Positions 21,409 through 32,196 of a stretch of DNA of 64,000 nucleotides are shown here, piece after piece. The stretch comes from an uncultured candidate division Zixibacteria bacterium. GTDB taxonomy: Bacteria > Zixibacteria > MSB-5A5 > UBA10806. Within the stretch, counting starts at the first letter, position 1, and each line of letters starts with the position of its first letter. The notes below the pieces were generated by a model, which saw nothing but the letters and a program-made list of their open reading frames with translations, ran no database searches and was not told where the DNA came from. The position numbers and the translations under genes were made by a program. The DNA is taken from positions 1,280,001 through 1,344,000 of the forward strand of contig CAWDFP010000006.1 in NCBI GenBank assembly GCA_963801605.1. Direction: 5' to 3'.

Positions 21409-22731
21409 ATGAAAAAAATATTTATCGTTCTATTCATCCTGATGGGTGTCTCTGCTCTATTAGCACAGGATACCACAAAATCAGTTGCTAAAGCCCTTTC
21501 CAATGAGCGATCGGGCCGCACCGTCACGATGCTAAAAATCCAATCTGCCATTGGTCCGGTAACGACTCGGGAAATTGCCGCCGGTATCCGCCACGCCCAA
21601 AAAACTGACGCTGAGGCTCTGGTAATCGAACTCAATACGCCCGGCGGTCAGATGGAGGCTACTTGGGATATCATTCGTGAGATTCTCGCCTCCGAAGTTC
21701 CCGTGGTAGTCTATGTCTATCCGCCCGGATCGCGCTCGGCTTCCGCCGGCGTCTTTATCACTTATGCCGCCCATATCGCTGCCATGGCGCCTCAAACCAA
21801 TATCGGATCAGCTCATCCGGTTGGCATGGGTGGCGCCAATATCGATTCTACTCTGGGTGAGAAGGTTACCAATGACGCCGTCGCCAAAATCAAAACTCTC
21901 GCCAGCAAACGCGGCCGCAATATGCAGTGGGCTGAGGATGCTGTCAGGAAATCGGTTTCGATTACGGAATTCGAAGCTGTCAAAGAGAATGTCGTCAATC
22001 TGGTCGCCGCCGATATCGAGGACCTGTTAGCTAAAATCGATGGCGATACGGTCGATGTTGTTTCCGGCACACGCGTTCTTCATACCAGCGGAGCTAAAAT
22101 TGACGAAATCAGTATCGGTTTTGCCAATCAACTGCTCGAAGTGATTTCCGATCCCAATATCGCATATATTCTCATGGCAATCGGTATGCTGGGGCTTTAT
22201 TTCGAGTTCGCCAATCCCGGCGCTGTGTTGCCTGGTGTTATCGGAGGTATTTCCCTGATACTGGCCTTATTCTCTTTTCAGGCTTTGCCGATTCGCTTTG
22301 CCGGAGTCTTGTTGATTATATTGGCTATGATTTTGTTTCTGCTGGAAGTTAAAATTACGAGCCACGGAATTTTAGGAGGTGGTGGCGTGTTAAGCCTCTT
22401 TTTTGGTTCGCTGATGTTGGTTAATGATACCGAATGGCCTTATAAAGGGATCTCTCTTTCTGTTATAATCCCAACGGTTATTGTCTTTACCGGCTTTTTC
22501 TTTTTGGCCGCCTATATGGCAATGCGCACTTTCAAACGCAAGGTGACCACCGGCGAGGCAGGATTGAAAGGGGAGATCGCACTTACCAAAACGCCGGTTG
22601 GCCCCGATGGTGGCAAAGTGTTCGTTCACGGCGAATGGTGGCAAGCGGTTTCGGACCAGGCCATTGGGCCTGACAAAAAGGTGCGAGTTATCGAGGTTCG
22701 CGACCTGGTGCTGAAAGTGGAATTGATGTAA
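21409..22731 (+). CDS. nfeD: NfeD membrane-bound ClpP-class protease
   Basis: 'LNTPGG', 'SASAG', 'TNIGSAHP', TM region, C-terminal OB fold 'VFVHGEWWQA'. Confidence 0.9.
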   Translation: MKKIFIVLFILMGVSALLAQDTTKSVAKALSNERSGRTVTMLKIQSAIGPVTTREIAAGIRHAQKTDAEALVIELNTPGGQMEATWDIIREILASEVPVVVYVYPPGSRSASAGVFITYAAHIAAMAPQTNIGSAHPVGMGGANIDSTLGEKVTNDAVAKIKTLASKRGRNMQWAEDAVRKSVSITEFEAVKENVVNLVAADIEDLLAKIDGDTVDVVSGTRVLHTSGAKIDEISIGFANQLLEVISDPNIAYILMAIGMLGLYFEFANPGAVLPGVIGGISLILALFSFQALPIRFAGVLLIILAMILFLLEVKITSHGILGGGGVLSLFFGSLMLVNDTEWPYKGISLSVIIPTVIVFTGFFFLAAYMAMRTFKRKVTTGEAGLKGEIALTKTPVGPDGGKVFVHGEWWQAVSDQAIGPDKKVRVIEVRDLVLKVELM

Positions 22732-22755
22732 TGCAAATTATAAACGGAGGATGGA

Positions 22756-23557
22756 ATGCCTGATCAAACCGTAACTAATGTTTCTTTTCTTTTCCCCATA
22801 GTCGTGGTCATAATCCTGGTTTTGTTCATACTGGGAAATGCCATCAGAATATTGAGGGAATACGAACGCGGCGTAGTTTTCAGATTGGGACGCCTGGTTG
22901 GCGCCAAGGGTCCGGGGTTGATCCTGCTTATCCCGATTGTCGACAAAATGGTAAAAGTCAGCCTGCGTACTGTAACCATGGATGTTCCCCCGCAGGATAT
23001 CATCACTCGCGACAACGTTACCGTCAAAGGTCAGCGCCGTTGCTTATTTCCGAGTGATTGAGCCTACCAAAGCTATTATTGATGTTGAAGATTATAACTA
23101 TGCAACTTCGCTTATTGCGCAGACCACACTCCGCTCGATCCTTGGCCAGGTCGAGCTTGACGATCTTCTTTCTAATCGCAACAAGATTAACGCGGAATTG
23201 CAGGCCGTAATCGATCAGCAAACCGAGCCCTGGGGCGTGAAAGTCGCCATCGTCGAAATTAAGAACGTCGATCTTCCGCAGGAAATGCAGCGTGCTATCG
23301 CCAGGCAGGCCGAGGCTGAACGCGAACGTCGCGCCAAAGTTATTCATGCTGATGGCGAATTTCAGGCTTCCGCCAAGATCAATGACGCTGCCAATATCCT
23401 GGGCCAGAATCCGGTGGGCGTCCAGTTGAGATACCTGCAAACCCTTGTGGAAATCGCCGCCGAGAAAAATTCTACTACTATTTTCCCGATTCCGATCGAG
23501 CTTTTCAGGCCGTTTATTGACAAGTACTATAAGGATCAGGAACCAAAGAAACAGTAA
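22756..23557 (+). CDS. SPFH/stomatin (slipin) protein, frameshift near 23028
   Basis: '[12 protein letters not shown]', '[13 protein letters not shown]' then '[10 protein letters not shown]', '[11 protein letters not shown]'; classic partner of nfeD. Confidence 0.9.
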
Positions 23558-23582
23558 CCGGCTGAATTGTTTTTATAATTGC

Positions 23583-23614
23583 AATCGAGGTCCCTGTTGG
23601 GGCCTCGATTTTTT
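23583..23614 (+). terminator. Rho-independent terminator
   Basis: AATCGAGGTCCC-tgtt-GGGGCCTCGATT followed by a T run. Confidence 0.7.
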
Positions 23615-23654
23615 ATTTCAAACGGGCATTTTTGGTATGACACTTGTATGTTAT

Positions 23655-25049
23655 CTAAAACTTAGCATTTCTCGGCGTTCTCGGGAATGGTATCGCATCT
23701 CGAATATTAGCCATGCCCGACATGTACATCAACGAGCGTGTGAATCCCAGGCCGAATCCGGCATGCGGCACGGTGCCATAACGCCGAAGATCGTAATACC
23801 ATGAGATGCTTTCCTCTTTTACATGATGGAACTTCACCTGCTCCTTGAGCGTCTCAAAACGTTCCTCTCTCTGGCTTCCCCCGATAATTTCCCCAATTTG
23901 CGGCACTAATACATCGACCGCCGCTACGGTTTTATTATCATCGTTGAGACGCATGTAAAACGCCTTGATCTGCCGAGGATAATCATGCACCATGATTGGT
24001 CCCTGTACATGCTCCTCGCAGAGATATCTCTCATGCTCGGCTTGCAGGTCGAGACCCCATTCTACGGGAAATTCGAATTTCTTTTTTGATTTTTTGAGGA
24101 TTTCAATTGCCTCGGTATATGTCATATACTCGAATTTTGATTTTACCAATGCTTCCAATGTCTCAATTCGATGAGATTCGATTCGCTCATTGAAAAACTT
24201 CATTTCCTCGCTGCACTCGTTGAGAGCATAATTGAACAAATACATCAGAAATTCGCCGGCTAACGCCATATCCTCATTAAGATCGCAAAACGCCATCTCC
24301 GGTTCGATCATCCAGAATTCCGAGAGATGCCGGGAGGTGTTGGAGTTTTCGGCCCGGAACGTTGGCGCGAAAGTGTATACATCCCCCAACGAAGTAGCTA
24401 ATATCTCAGCCTCAAGCTGGCCCGAGACGGTCAGAAAGGTCTGATCACCGAAAAAGTCCTTGTCGAAATCAACCTCGCCCTTTTCATTGCGCGGTACCTT
24501 GTTAAGATCAAATGTCGTTACCCAAAATTGCTCACCGGCGCCCTCGGCATCGGTTGCCGTTATAACGGGGGAGTGTATGTAATAAAAGCCGCGTTCCTGA
24601 AAAAACTTATGAATTGCAAACGCCATTTTGCTGCGAAAACGGTTCATGACTCCAAAGGCATTAGTGCGCGGCCTGAGATGTGCAATCTCACGCAGATATT
24701 CGAACGAATGTCGCTTTTTCTGCAACGGATATTCAGGCGGGCAGAGTCCTATTAGCTGCAGTTCCCCGGGATGCATCTCGATTTTATGTGGCCTCTCCGG
24801 CACTGGCACCAGATTTCCAACTATCCTTACCGACGCTCCCAGGCTAATCTGTTCTAAGTCGGGGAAACGATTCTTGTCTTCGATAACGATCTGAAGATTG
24901 CCAAGCGTGCTCCCGTCGTTTACTTCCAGGAAAACCAGATTGGCCGAATCGCGTCTGGTCCGTATCCAGCCCATTACTATCACGTCCTGACGAGCTACTT
25001 CAGATTCAGTAATGATCTTTGCTACTTTAGTGCGTTTAAAATAATCCAC
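23655..25049 (-). CDS. asnS: Asparagine--tRNA ligase
   Basis: 'HLRPRTN', 'FLTVSGQL', 'FRAENSNTSRHL.EFWM', 'GGSQREER', 'PHAGFGLG'. Confidence 0.96.
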   Translation of the reverse strand: MDYFKRTKVAKIITESEVARQDVIVMGWIRTRRDSANLVFLEVNDGSTLGNLQIVIEDKNRFPDLEQISLGASVRIVGNLVPVPERPHKIEMHPGELQLIGLCPPEYPLQKKRHSFEYLREIAHLRPRTNAFGVMNRFRSKMAFAIHKFFQERGFYYIHSPVITATDAEGAGEQFWVTTFDLNKVPRNEKGEVDFDKDFFGDQTFLTVSGQLEAEILATSLGDVYTFAPTFRAENSNTSRHLSEFWMIEPEMAFCDLNEDMALAGEFLMYLFNYALNECSEEMKFFNERIESHRIETLEALVKSKFEYMTYTEAIEILKKSKKKFEFPVEWGLDLQAEHERYLCEEHVQGPIMVHDYPRQIKAFYMRLNDDNKTVAAVDVLVPQIGEIIGGSQREERFETLKEQVKFHHVKEESISWYYDLRRYGTVPHAGFGLGFTRSLMYMSGMANIRDAIPFPRTPRNAKF

Positions 25050-25283
25050 TGCTCCATCCTTTCAGAGCAACTTATATACCTTATCTGAATCCGAAAATCA
25101 AGCTCGACAATTAATCGGTGGATAAGTATGCCGGATGCTTTTGGTATTCCCATCCGGATAAATTTATTGCTAAATCCATTTGCGATTTAACTGCTTTTAT
25201 CCTTTATTAAAACACCTGAATCAAATTAAAAAACAAAAGCCCCGGCGCATTTGCCGGGGCCTTTATTAATTATTTTCAATTTA

Positions 25284-27249
25284 TTATGGCACCGGCGGAC
25301 AATCCGGACAGGGATGGATAACTGGTCCGCCCTTTAAATAACTCACCATATACGTTACATCCAGACCATTAAATGAGCATGAGGCATTAACATCGCCTGC
25401 CACATACCAGACATGACCGCTTCCCGGAGGACATTCGCAGCTATACATATCGGGCGGAGTGCCTCGGAAATAAGCAAACGGCAAAAACCACATCAAGACC
25501 GTTGAATGTTCCGCTGTTGTTAATATCTCCAACCACGTAGTGGCAATCATTGCCCGTGGATTGCAGGGCGATAGCTACATGGGTTGTCTCATTCTCGGCG
25601 ACCGAAATCAAGTTTACTGTCGTATCGAGATATCCCGCCTTGCTGAATGATTCCGAAAATATCCCGGGAGGAAGCGTAATATTATACACGCCTTGCACAT
25701 TCGTTGTATCCATTGCAACTATGCCAAGCGTGTCTTCTGTAACTACCGTAACGCCTTCGATCGGAGTTGTGCCATCGGAACGAGTTACCAGACCTCTGAT
25801 ATGGCCATGAGGCGCTGCTATCGGTCCCAATGTACCGTCAGCATTTACGTTTTGCAGGAAAATATCGCCGTCAGCATCAGATCTCATATCTTTCCAGGTG
25901 ACGATAAACTGACCAAGTGGATTGATACAGGACATAAGTTTGTCTTTACTGCTTAGAACCGAACACATCGTTGCAGCCGGAGGTGCCCAGACCGGAGTTC
26001 CGGCGCCGGTAATCCGAATCGCTTTGATTCGGGCGTTGGTAACGTCCCCGGCAGGTTTTTCAAAATAGCTGACCACCGCGCCGCTATCGATCATCTTAAC
26101 ATTGACATATCCCCGTTCCTGAGTGCTCAGGGGCACAAGTGCCAGCGCATTAGTTGTCCATTGCCGCGCCCCGGCTGAGTTGAATTTCTGGCCATAAACA
26201 CCCCATTGGTTCTGGTCGGTGTTTTTATTTAGATAAAAAAGTATCAACTCGTTTGTAGTCGGGTTATAAAAAGCGTCCGGACTGACCTGGATTTGACCGA
26301 CAGCCGTGGAAACCACTACACCATTGGCTGTCCAGTCTACTGTGCCATGGGACGAGATATGTTGAGCGTAGCAATGAAGAACATTGCCTCTTGAATCGTA
26401 CCAGAATGAGAATGCTCCACCGGCTGTATCGGGAGTGATATCGGGAGCCATATATATTTGAACTGAGGCCGCATTGTTTATCAGCACCCCGTTTGCGCCC
26501 CAGAGATCGGTTCCCAGCGAATCATACTTATGAGCATACATATACCAGGGATTATAATACTGGGAACCCTGATGAATTATTAGCTGAAGAATAATGCCAT
26601 CATTGTCGGTTCGCGCCAGACGCGGATATCCCACACCGTATGTGCTGGTGAGGACTTTTATGGATGGTGTCCAAAGGTCGCTCCCATTGATATCGACTTT
26701 TCTCATCCGAATAACGCCTGCCGCAGTTATGTCGCTCCAGGCAAACACTATATTACCATTATTGGTGACAGTGGCCTGCGGAAAAGCATCCGAATTGGCA
26801 TCATTGGAAACTGTCAAACCGTCCGGTCCCCATAAAAATTCACCCGCCGGATTTATTCGATAAGCATAAATATCCCAATCGCCGCCGGCTCGAATATCAT
26901 TTAACGCCAGAATTGCGCAATCGGTGTTGTCGACCGTGAGAGTATAATCCGTGATCCATGAATCCTGGGCATGATTGCTGATTAGCATGCCATTGGATCC
27001 CCACATGACATCTCCATTGGCGTTCAATCTCTGCATGTACATGCAGTAATGCCCGGAAGTGTTATCCCACCAACTCACATAACATCCGCCATCGGATGTT
27101 GCTACAATATGCGGGTCGGTTCCTTCGCCTGACGTAAGACTCAGCCCCAAATTTAACGCCGGATTATCTGGCCATTGTGCAAGGGCTCCTGAGGCGAAAA
27201 GTACGCATAGCGCCAATACAAGCCCCGCAGCTTTCTTTGAAATTACCAT
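25284..27249 (-). CDS. Secreted beta-propeller-like protein with carboxypeptidase-regulatory-like and dockerin-like C-terminal domains (frameshift near 25480)
   Basis: Signal peptide, repeated 'W.D.R....IY.Q.IN..G..LW' blades, 'GDINNSGTFNGLDV' and 'GDVNASCSFNGLDVTY' in adjacent frames. Confidence 0.75.
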
Positions 27250-27677
27250 GTTGTCGGCTCCTTGCTAAATGCCCGTAAGTGGAATAAATGTTTATCTTTA
27301 GTTAAAATAACATGAATGATAGATTAGTCAATTTGTTTCTATCGTTTTCTTTGGGAAAATATTATAATGATCGAATTAAATTCATGCTTTGTTAATCTAT
27401 TGATAGGTAGAATGTTAGGAGACAAGCCAAATTCAATTAGTTGGCATTATCGAGCTTTGGTGGATTCTGTCCAGTCGACCTTGTAATCCACAAAGCTATT
27501 GACATTAGCCATAATAAATGGCATATTACAAATCTATGAGATATTGGTCAATAAAACTATTCGACCATTGATTCCTTTTTGGCTTAGCGGCTAATTTAAT
27601 CCGCCGCCTGCTTATTAATTTTAAATCAGTATCATAATATTTGTAACAATTGCCAATGTGGAGAAGTTGAGGCATTT

Positions 27678-29042
27678 ATGAATAGAAAACGAATACTAAT
27701 CATGGGAGCGGCCGGACGCGACTTTCACAATTTCAATCTTCTTTTTAGAAATAAAAAGGAATATGAGGTCGTCTGTTTTACCGCTACTCAAATTCCCGAT
27801 ATCGAAGGCAGAAAATATCCTGCCAAACTTGCGGGCAAGCTTTATCCTCGTGGAATTCCCATCTACCCCGAAAGCGACCTGTTGAGCCTGATCGCCGGCA
27901 AAAAGATTGATGAGGTTCTGTTCTCATATTCTGACGTTAAGTACAGCTATGTAATGTCTAAGGCCGCTCAGGTTAATGCCTGTGGCGCCCATTTTAAGTT
28001 GGCTGGCGGCTTTCCCACCATGCTTAAATCGACTAAGCCGGTTATTGCGGTTTGCGCCGTCCGGACCGGTAGCGGCAAGTCCCAGACCACCCGCAAGGTC
28101 GCCGAGATACTAAAGGGGATGGGCCTTAGGGCCGTGGTGATCCGTCACCCGATGCCTTATGGCGATCTTACCAAACAGATCTGTGAACGCTTTGCCACCT
28201 TAAAGGATCTCGACAAGTACAAATGCACTATCGAGGAACGCGAGGAGTATGAACCTCATATCGTTCGCGGCCAGGTGGTTTACGCCGGAGTCGATTACGA
28301 GGTGATTCTGCGTAACGCCGAAAAAGAAGCCGATGTTATTATTTGGGATGGCGGCAACAACGATCTGCCATTCTACATGCCCGATCTGTATATAACCGTT
28401 GCCGATCCTCATCGGCCCGGGCATGAGCGCAGCTATTACCCCGGCGAAACCAATATGCTTTTGGCTGATATCATCGTCATGAATAAGATCGATACGGCTC
28501 CCATCGAGGGTATTGAGGAAGTGCGCGCCTCCATAAGTAAGCTCAATCCCAAAGCCATCGTCATTGATGCCGCCTCGCCTATTACAGCCGATAAGCCGGA
28601 GCTTATCACCGATAAACGCGTTCTGGTCGTTGAGGATGGCCCGACTCTGACCCACGGCGAGATGGCTTATGGCGCCGGTGTTGTCGCTGCTCAGAAATAC
28701 GGCGCTAAGGAACTGGTCGATCCCCGTCCTTATACGGTTGCATCGATCACGGCCACTTTCCAGAAATATCCCGCCATCGGCACCCTTCTGCCCGCGATGG
28801 GATATGGACCCAAACAGGTTAAAGACCTCGAAACTACGATTAATCGCACCGATTGCGATACCGTGGTTATTGCAACTCCTATCGATCTGGCTCGGATTAT
28901 TAAAATTAACAAGCCAAAAGTTCGAGTCGAGTATGAGTTGCAGGAAATCGGAATTCCTAATCTTTCCGACGTTCTCATTGAGTTTTTCGGTTCCGATGAA
29001 AAGGAAAAACCTGCCAGGAAAAAACGAACGGCAAAAAAGTAA
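27678..29042 (+). CDS. P-loop ligase of the cDPG-synthetase-like family; probable arginine synthetase (ArcE-like)
   Basis: 'GAAGRDFHNFN', 'ATQIPDIEGR', 'RTGSGKSQTTR', 'TIEEREEYEPH', 'WDGGNND'; directly upstream of arcC. Confidence 0.75.
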   Translation: MNRKRILIMGAAGRDFHNFNLLFRNKKEYEVVCFTATQIPDIEGRKYPAKLAGKLYPRGIPIYPESDLLSLIAGKKIDEVLFSYSDVKYSYVMSKAAQVNACGAHFKLAGGFPTMLKSTKPVIAVCAVRTGSGKSQTTRKVAEILKGMGLRAVVIRHPMPYGDLTKQICERFATLKDLDKYKCTIEEREEYEPHIVRGQVVYAGVDYEVILRNAEKEADVIIWDGGNNDLPFYMPDLYITVADPHRPGHERSYYPGETNMLLADIIVMNKIDTAPIEGIEEVRASISKLNPKAIVIDAASPITADKPELITDKRVLVVEDGPTLTHGEMAYGAGVVAAQKYGAKELVDPRPYTVASITATFQKYPAIGTLLPAMGYGPKQVKDLETTINRTDCDTVVIATPIDLARIIKINKPKVRVEYELQEIGIPNLSDVLIEFFGSDEKEKPARKKRTAKK

Positions 29043-29074
29043 TCGCGGCATCCTGCCGTCAATTTTAGGACAAA

Positions 29075-30034
29075 ATGGCCAATACGAAAAAAAAGAAAAA
29101 AGCGGTGATTGCGCTGGGCGGCAACGCCATTTCGGCGCGGGACCGGGCCGATACCATTTCAAATCAATTTGATAATACAATTGCCAGTTTGGGATCGATC
29201 CTCGAACTCATCAAGCATGGTTATCAACTGGCTATTACTCATGGCAATGGACCCCAGGTTGGCAATGCTTTGCTTCGAGTCGAACTGGCGCGTGGCAAGG
29301 TTCCGGCTTTACCGCTTTTTGTCTGTGTAGCCGATCTCCAGGGCGGTATGGGTTACATGATCGAGCAATGCCTTCAGAATCGCCTCAAGGATGAGAATAT
29401 CGGGCGCAATGTCGTGACAATGGTATCCCAGGTGGTAGTTGACGAAAAAGATCCTGATTTTAAGAATCCCACCAAATTCATCGGTCAGTTTTATTCCAAA
29501 CCGACTGCTCAAAAGATGGCCAAGGAGATGGGATGGCAGAAGATTGTGCAATTCCCCGGCGATAAACGCTGGCGTCGCGTGGTGCCGTCACCTCAGCCGC
29601 TCGAAATTATCGAGGGTAATACCATCAAGCGCCTCGTCGAGGAGGGTACGATTGTCATCGCCGCCGGTGGCGGAGGAATCCCCGTTCTGCGCAAAAAAGG
29701 CAGATTGGTTGGCGTCGATGCAGTCATCGATAAAGACCGCGCCGCTGCGGTCCTGGCTCGGCAGATCGAGGCCGAACTGCTTATAATCCTAACCGATATC
29801 GACAGGATAGCCATCAATTATCGTAAACCCAATGAGACGTGGCTGAATAAAGTGCCGTTGAAAAAGATGATTGAGTATCATCAGATGGGACAATTCCCGC
29901 CCGGCTCGATGGGCCCTAAGGTTGAGGCCGCTATCAGCTTCCTTAAAAATGGCGGTAAGCAGGTCATAATAACATCGATTGAAAACGGATATGATGCGGT
30001 TCGGGGCAAAGCGGGGACACGGATTGTCAAATAG
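29075..30034 (+). CDS. arcC: Carbamate kinase
   Basis: 'IALGGNA', 'THGNGPQVG', 'WRRVVPSP', 'VIDKD', 'GSMGPKVEAA'. Confidence 0.95.
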   Translation: MANTKKKKKAVIALGGNAISARDRADTISNQFDNTIASLGSILELIKHGYQLAITHGNGPQVGNALLRVELARGKVPALPLFVCVADLQGGMGYMIEQCLQNRLKDENIGRNVVTMVSQVVVDEKDPDFKNPTKFIGQFYSKPTAQKMAKEMGWQKIVQFPGDKRWRRVVPSPQPLEIIEGNTIKRLVEEGTIVIAAGGGGIPVLRKKGRLVGVDAVIDKDRAAAVLARQIEAELLIILTDIDRIAINYRKPNETWLNKVPLKKMIEYHQMGQFPPGSMGPKVEAAISFLKNGGKQVIITSIENGYDAVRGKAGTRIVK

Positions 30035-30096
30035 TATTTGTATGGGCGCGGTCATCGCGCCTTTTTATTAAGTTTCCATACAAATATATTAACATG

Positions 30097-30120
30097 GTGT
30101 CGGGTCCCCGAACCCGACAC
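30097..30120. repeat. REP-like palindrome, copy A
   Basis: GTGTCGGGT-ccccga-ACCCGACAC; 23/24 identical to 40872-40895. Confidence 0.75.
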
Positions 30121-30228
30121 TAACAATTTCGCCATCAGGTTCTGGGAACTGACGGCACGCGTAATTTCCCGTTTCTCTCAAAAGAAAATACTGGAACCAT
30201 AAATCAGTCACGCTTATTATATTGCTGC

Positions 30229-31590
30229 ATGAATAACCAATTGCTGCATTCCGAACTCATCCGGGTAATTACTTTACTAGGCAGGCTCTATGAGGTTGGC
30301 GGTTCGGTTCGTGATTCGCTGATTTCTCAAGAGACCGAAAATAAAGACCGCGATTATTTAGTTACCGGAATTCCGATTGATGAGCTAATGGATATCCTGC
30401 GGCGTTTCGGCAAGGTTGATCTGGTTGGGAAATCCTTCGGCGTTATCAAATTTACTCCTCGGGGTGAAAATGAAGTTGTTGATATTGCTATTCCGCGCAC
30501 TGAACGATCAGTCGGAGTAGCGCACCGCGAATTTGAAGTTACCTACGATCACAATCTTCCGATCGATATCGATCTCAAACGTCGCGATTTCACCATCAAC
30601 GCCATAGCCCGCGCTATTCCCTCGGGAGAGATAATCGATCCATACGGCGGCCAGGCCGATCTCACCAATAAAATAATAAGAATAGTTTTTCCCGAGGCCG
30701 TCACTGAGGACCCGCTGCGGATTCTCCGAGCCGCCCAGTTTGCCGCCAGATTCGAATTTACCATCGAACCGGAAACGCTAACGGCAATGAAAACCGGCGC
30801 TCATCTGATTGACACCGTTTCGCCTGAGAGGATTGCTGATGAACTTAATAAGATGCTATTGAAAGCCAACCGCCCCTCGATTGGGTTTCACTATCTTCTC
30901 GATATCGGCGTTTTGGAACGCATCCTGCCCGAGTTAACTCAAGGTGTCGGTGTAGAGCAGCCGGGCGGTTATCATCGTTGGGATGTTTTCGAGCATACCA
31001 TGGTCGCGGTTGACTCTTCGGCCAGGAGACTCCTGGTTAGGCTGTCAGCGCTTTTCCATGATGTTGGTAAACCGGCTACGAGAGAGCTTGTTGAGGATGG
31101 CGCTACTTTCTACGGCCATGATAAGCTTTCTGCCCGGATGGCGGAGCAGGCTTTGAAAAGATTGCGATATTCCAATGATGTTATCGATAATGTTTCAACC
31201 CTGATCGGGCGACACATGTTCAGCGATAGGGCGGGGGACAAGGGGATTCGACGCCTTATTCGCGCCGTGGGGACTGATTTGATTTACGATCTTCTCGATT
31301 TACGCCGCGCCGACATTATTGCCCAGGGAATGGGGCAGGAGCCATCGGAGGTGGATGATTTCGAAGCGAAGGTTACCGCGGAGATTGAAAAGAAATCGCC
31401 ATTTGGTCTCGCTGATCTCGAAATTTCCGGCGACGATATTATGAAACAGTTCAACCTTCAGCCCGGCCCGCTCATCGGCGAAATTCTCAACGATCTCCTT
31501 GAAATGGTTTTGGATAATCCCTTAGCCAATTCTTACGATACTCTCATCGCCCGCGCTACGCAGTTTCTGGCAGAGAGAAAGCCAGAGTAG
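30229..31590 (+). CDS. CCA tRNA nucleotidyltransferase with HD domain
   Basis: 'VGGSVRD..D.D', 'DLKRRDFTINAIA', 'EDPLRILRA', 'FHDVGKP'. Confidence 0.88.
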   Translation: MNNQLLHSELIRVITLLGRLYEVGGSVRDSLISQETENKDRDYLVTGIPIDELMDILRRFGKVDLVGKSFGVIKFTPRGENEVVDIAIPRTERSVGVAHREFEVTYDHNLPIDIDLKRRDFTINAIARAIPSGEIIDPYGGQADLTNKIIRIVFPEAVTEDPLRILRAAQFAARFEFTIEPETLTAMKTGAHLIDTVSPERIADELNKMLLKANRPSIGFHYLLDIGVLERILPELTQGVGVEQPGGYHRWDVFEHTMVAVDSSARRLLVRLSALFHDVGKPATRELVEDGATFYGHDKLSARMAEQALKRLRYSNDVIDNVSTLIGRHMFSDRAGDKGIRRLIRAVGTDLIYDLLDLRRADIIAQGMGQEPSEVDDFEAKVTAEIEKKSPFGLADLEISGDDIMKQFNLQPGPLIGEILNDLLEMVLDNPLANSYDTLIARATQFLAERKPE

Positions 31591-31684
31591 CTCAAGACCT
31601 CCGCGTTTACCCGCCGGTGGCGGGGTCTTGACATTATGCTTAAAAAAAAGCCGTCAAACCTGATAGCTTGACGGCTGATTCCAA

Positions 31685-32068
31685 CTATTGTCCCGATTTA
31701 GCGGGCGTTACTGCCTCCCCTTTCCTGGCCACGGCTGCTCGTGCCACCCTATCCGCCGTCTCACGTCCAACACCGGTGATTTCGATTATCCGATCTATTG
31801 CTCGATCCAGCCACACAGACCAGTGCGCCGTCGGAAACTTGAGACGGAAATAATCGGTGACATCGTCAGCGATCACCAGGATATACTCCGCCACCTCCCG
31901 GTTTTTCTGAACCATCAGCAGCGGTACCAGATGCTTTTTTACAAGCACCCCGATATAAATCATCAGTATCGCCCCAAGTGCGGCCAGTGATTTCTCCGTT
32001 AACAGACCTCCAAGCCAGGAGAATACTCCCGCCTGCATCGGATTAATTAAACATATTTGATAAATCAT
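31685..32068 (-). CDS. Holin-like small membrane protein (LL-H-like), last gene of capsid operon
   Basis: GGAGG RBS plus ATG 32068; one TM followed by an amphipathic helical tail ending 'ARAAV'. Confidence 0.45.
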   Translation of the reverse strand: MIYQICLINPMQAGVFSWLGGLLTEKSLAALGAILMIYIGVLVKKHLVPLLMVQKNREVAEYILVIADDVTDYFRLKFPTAHWSVWLDRAIDRIIEITGVGRETADRVARAAVARKGEAVTPAKSGQ

Positions 32069-32196
32069 TTTGATTCCTCCAATTGGTTTTTGTGGCGTCA
32101 GGACCCCGATCCTGACGCTTTGCGTTTCGCTCATTTCGGTCGGGTTTTTGGACCCACCGCATAATTAACTCACAACCCGCAATTTGTAACTCATAA

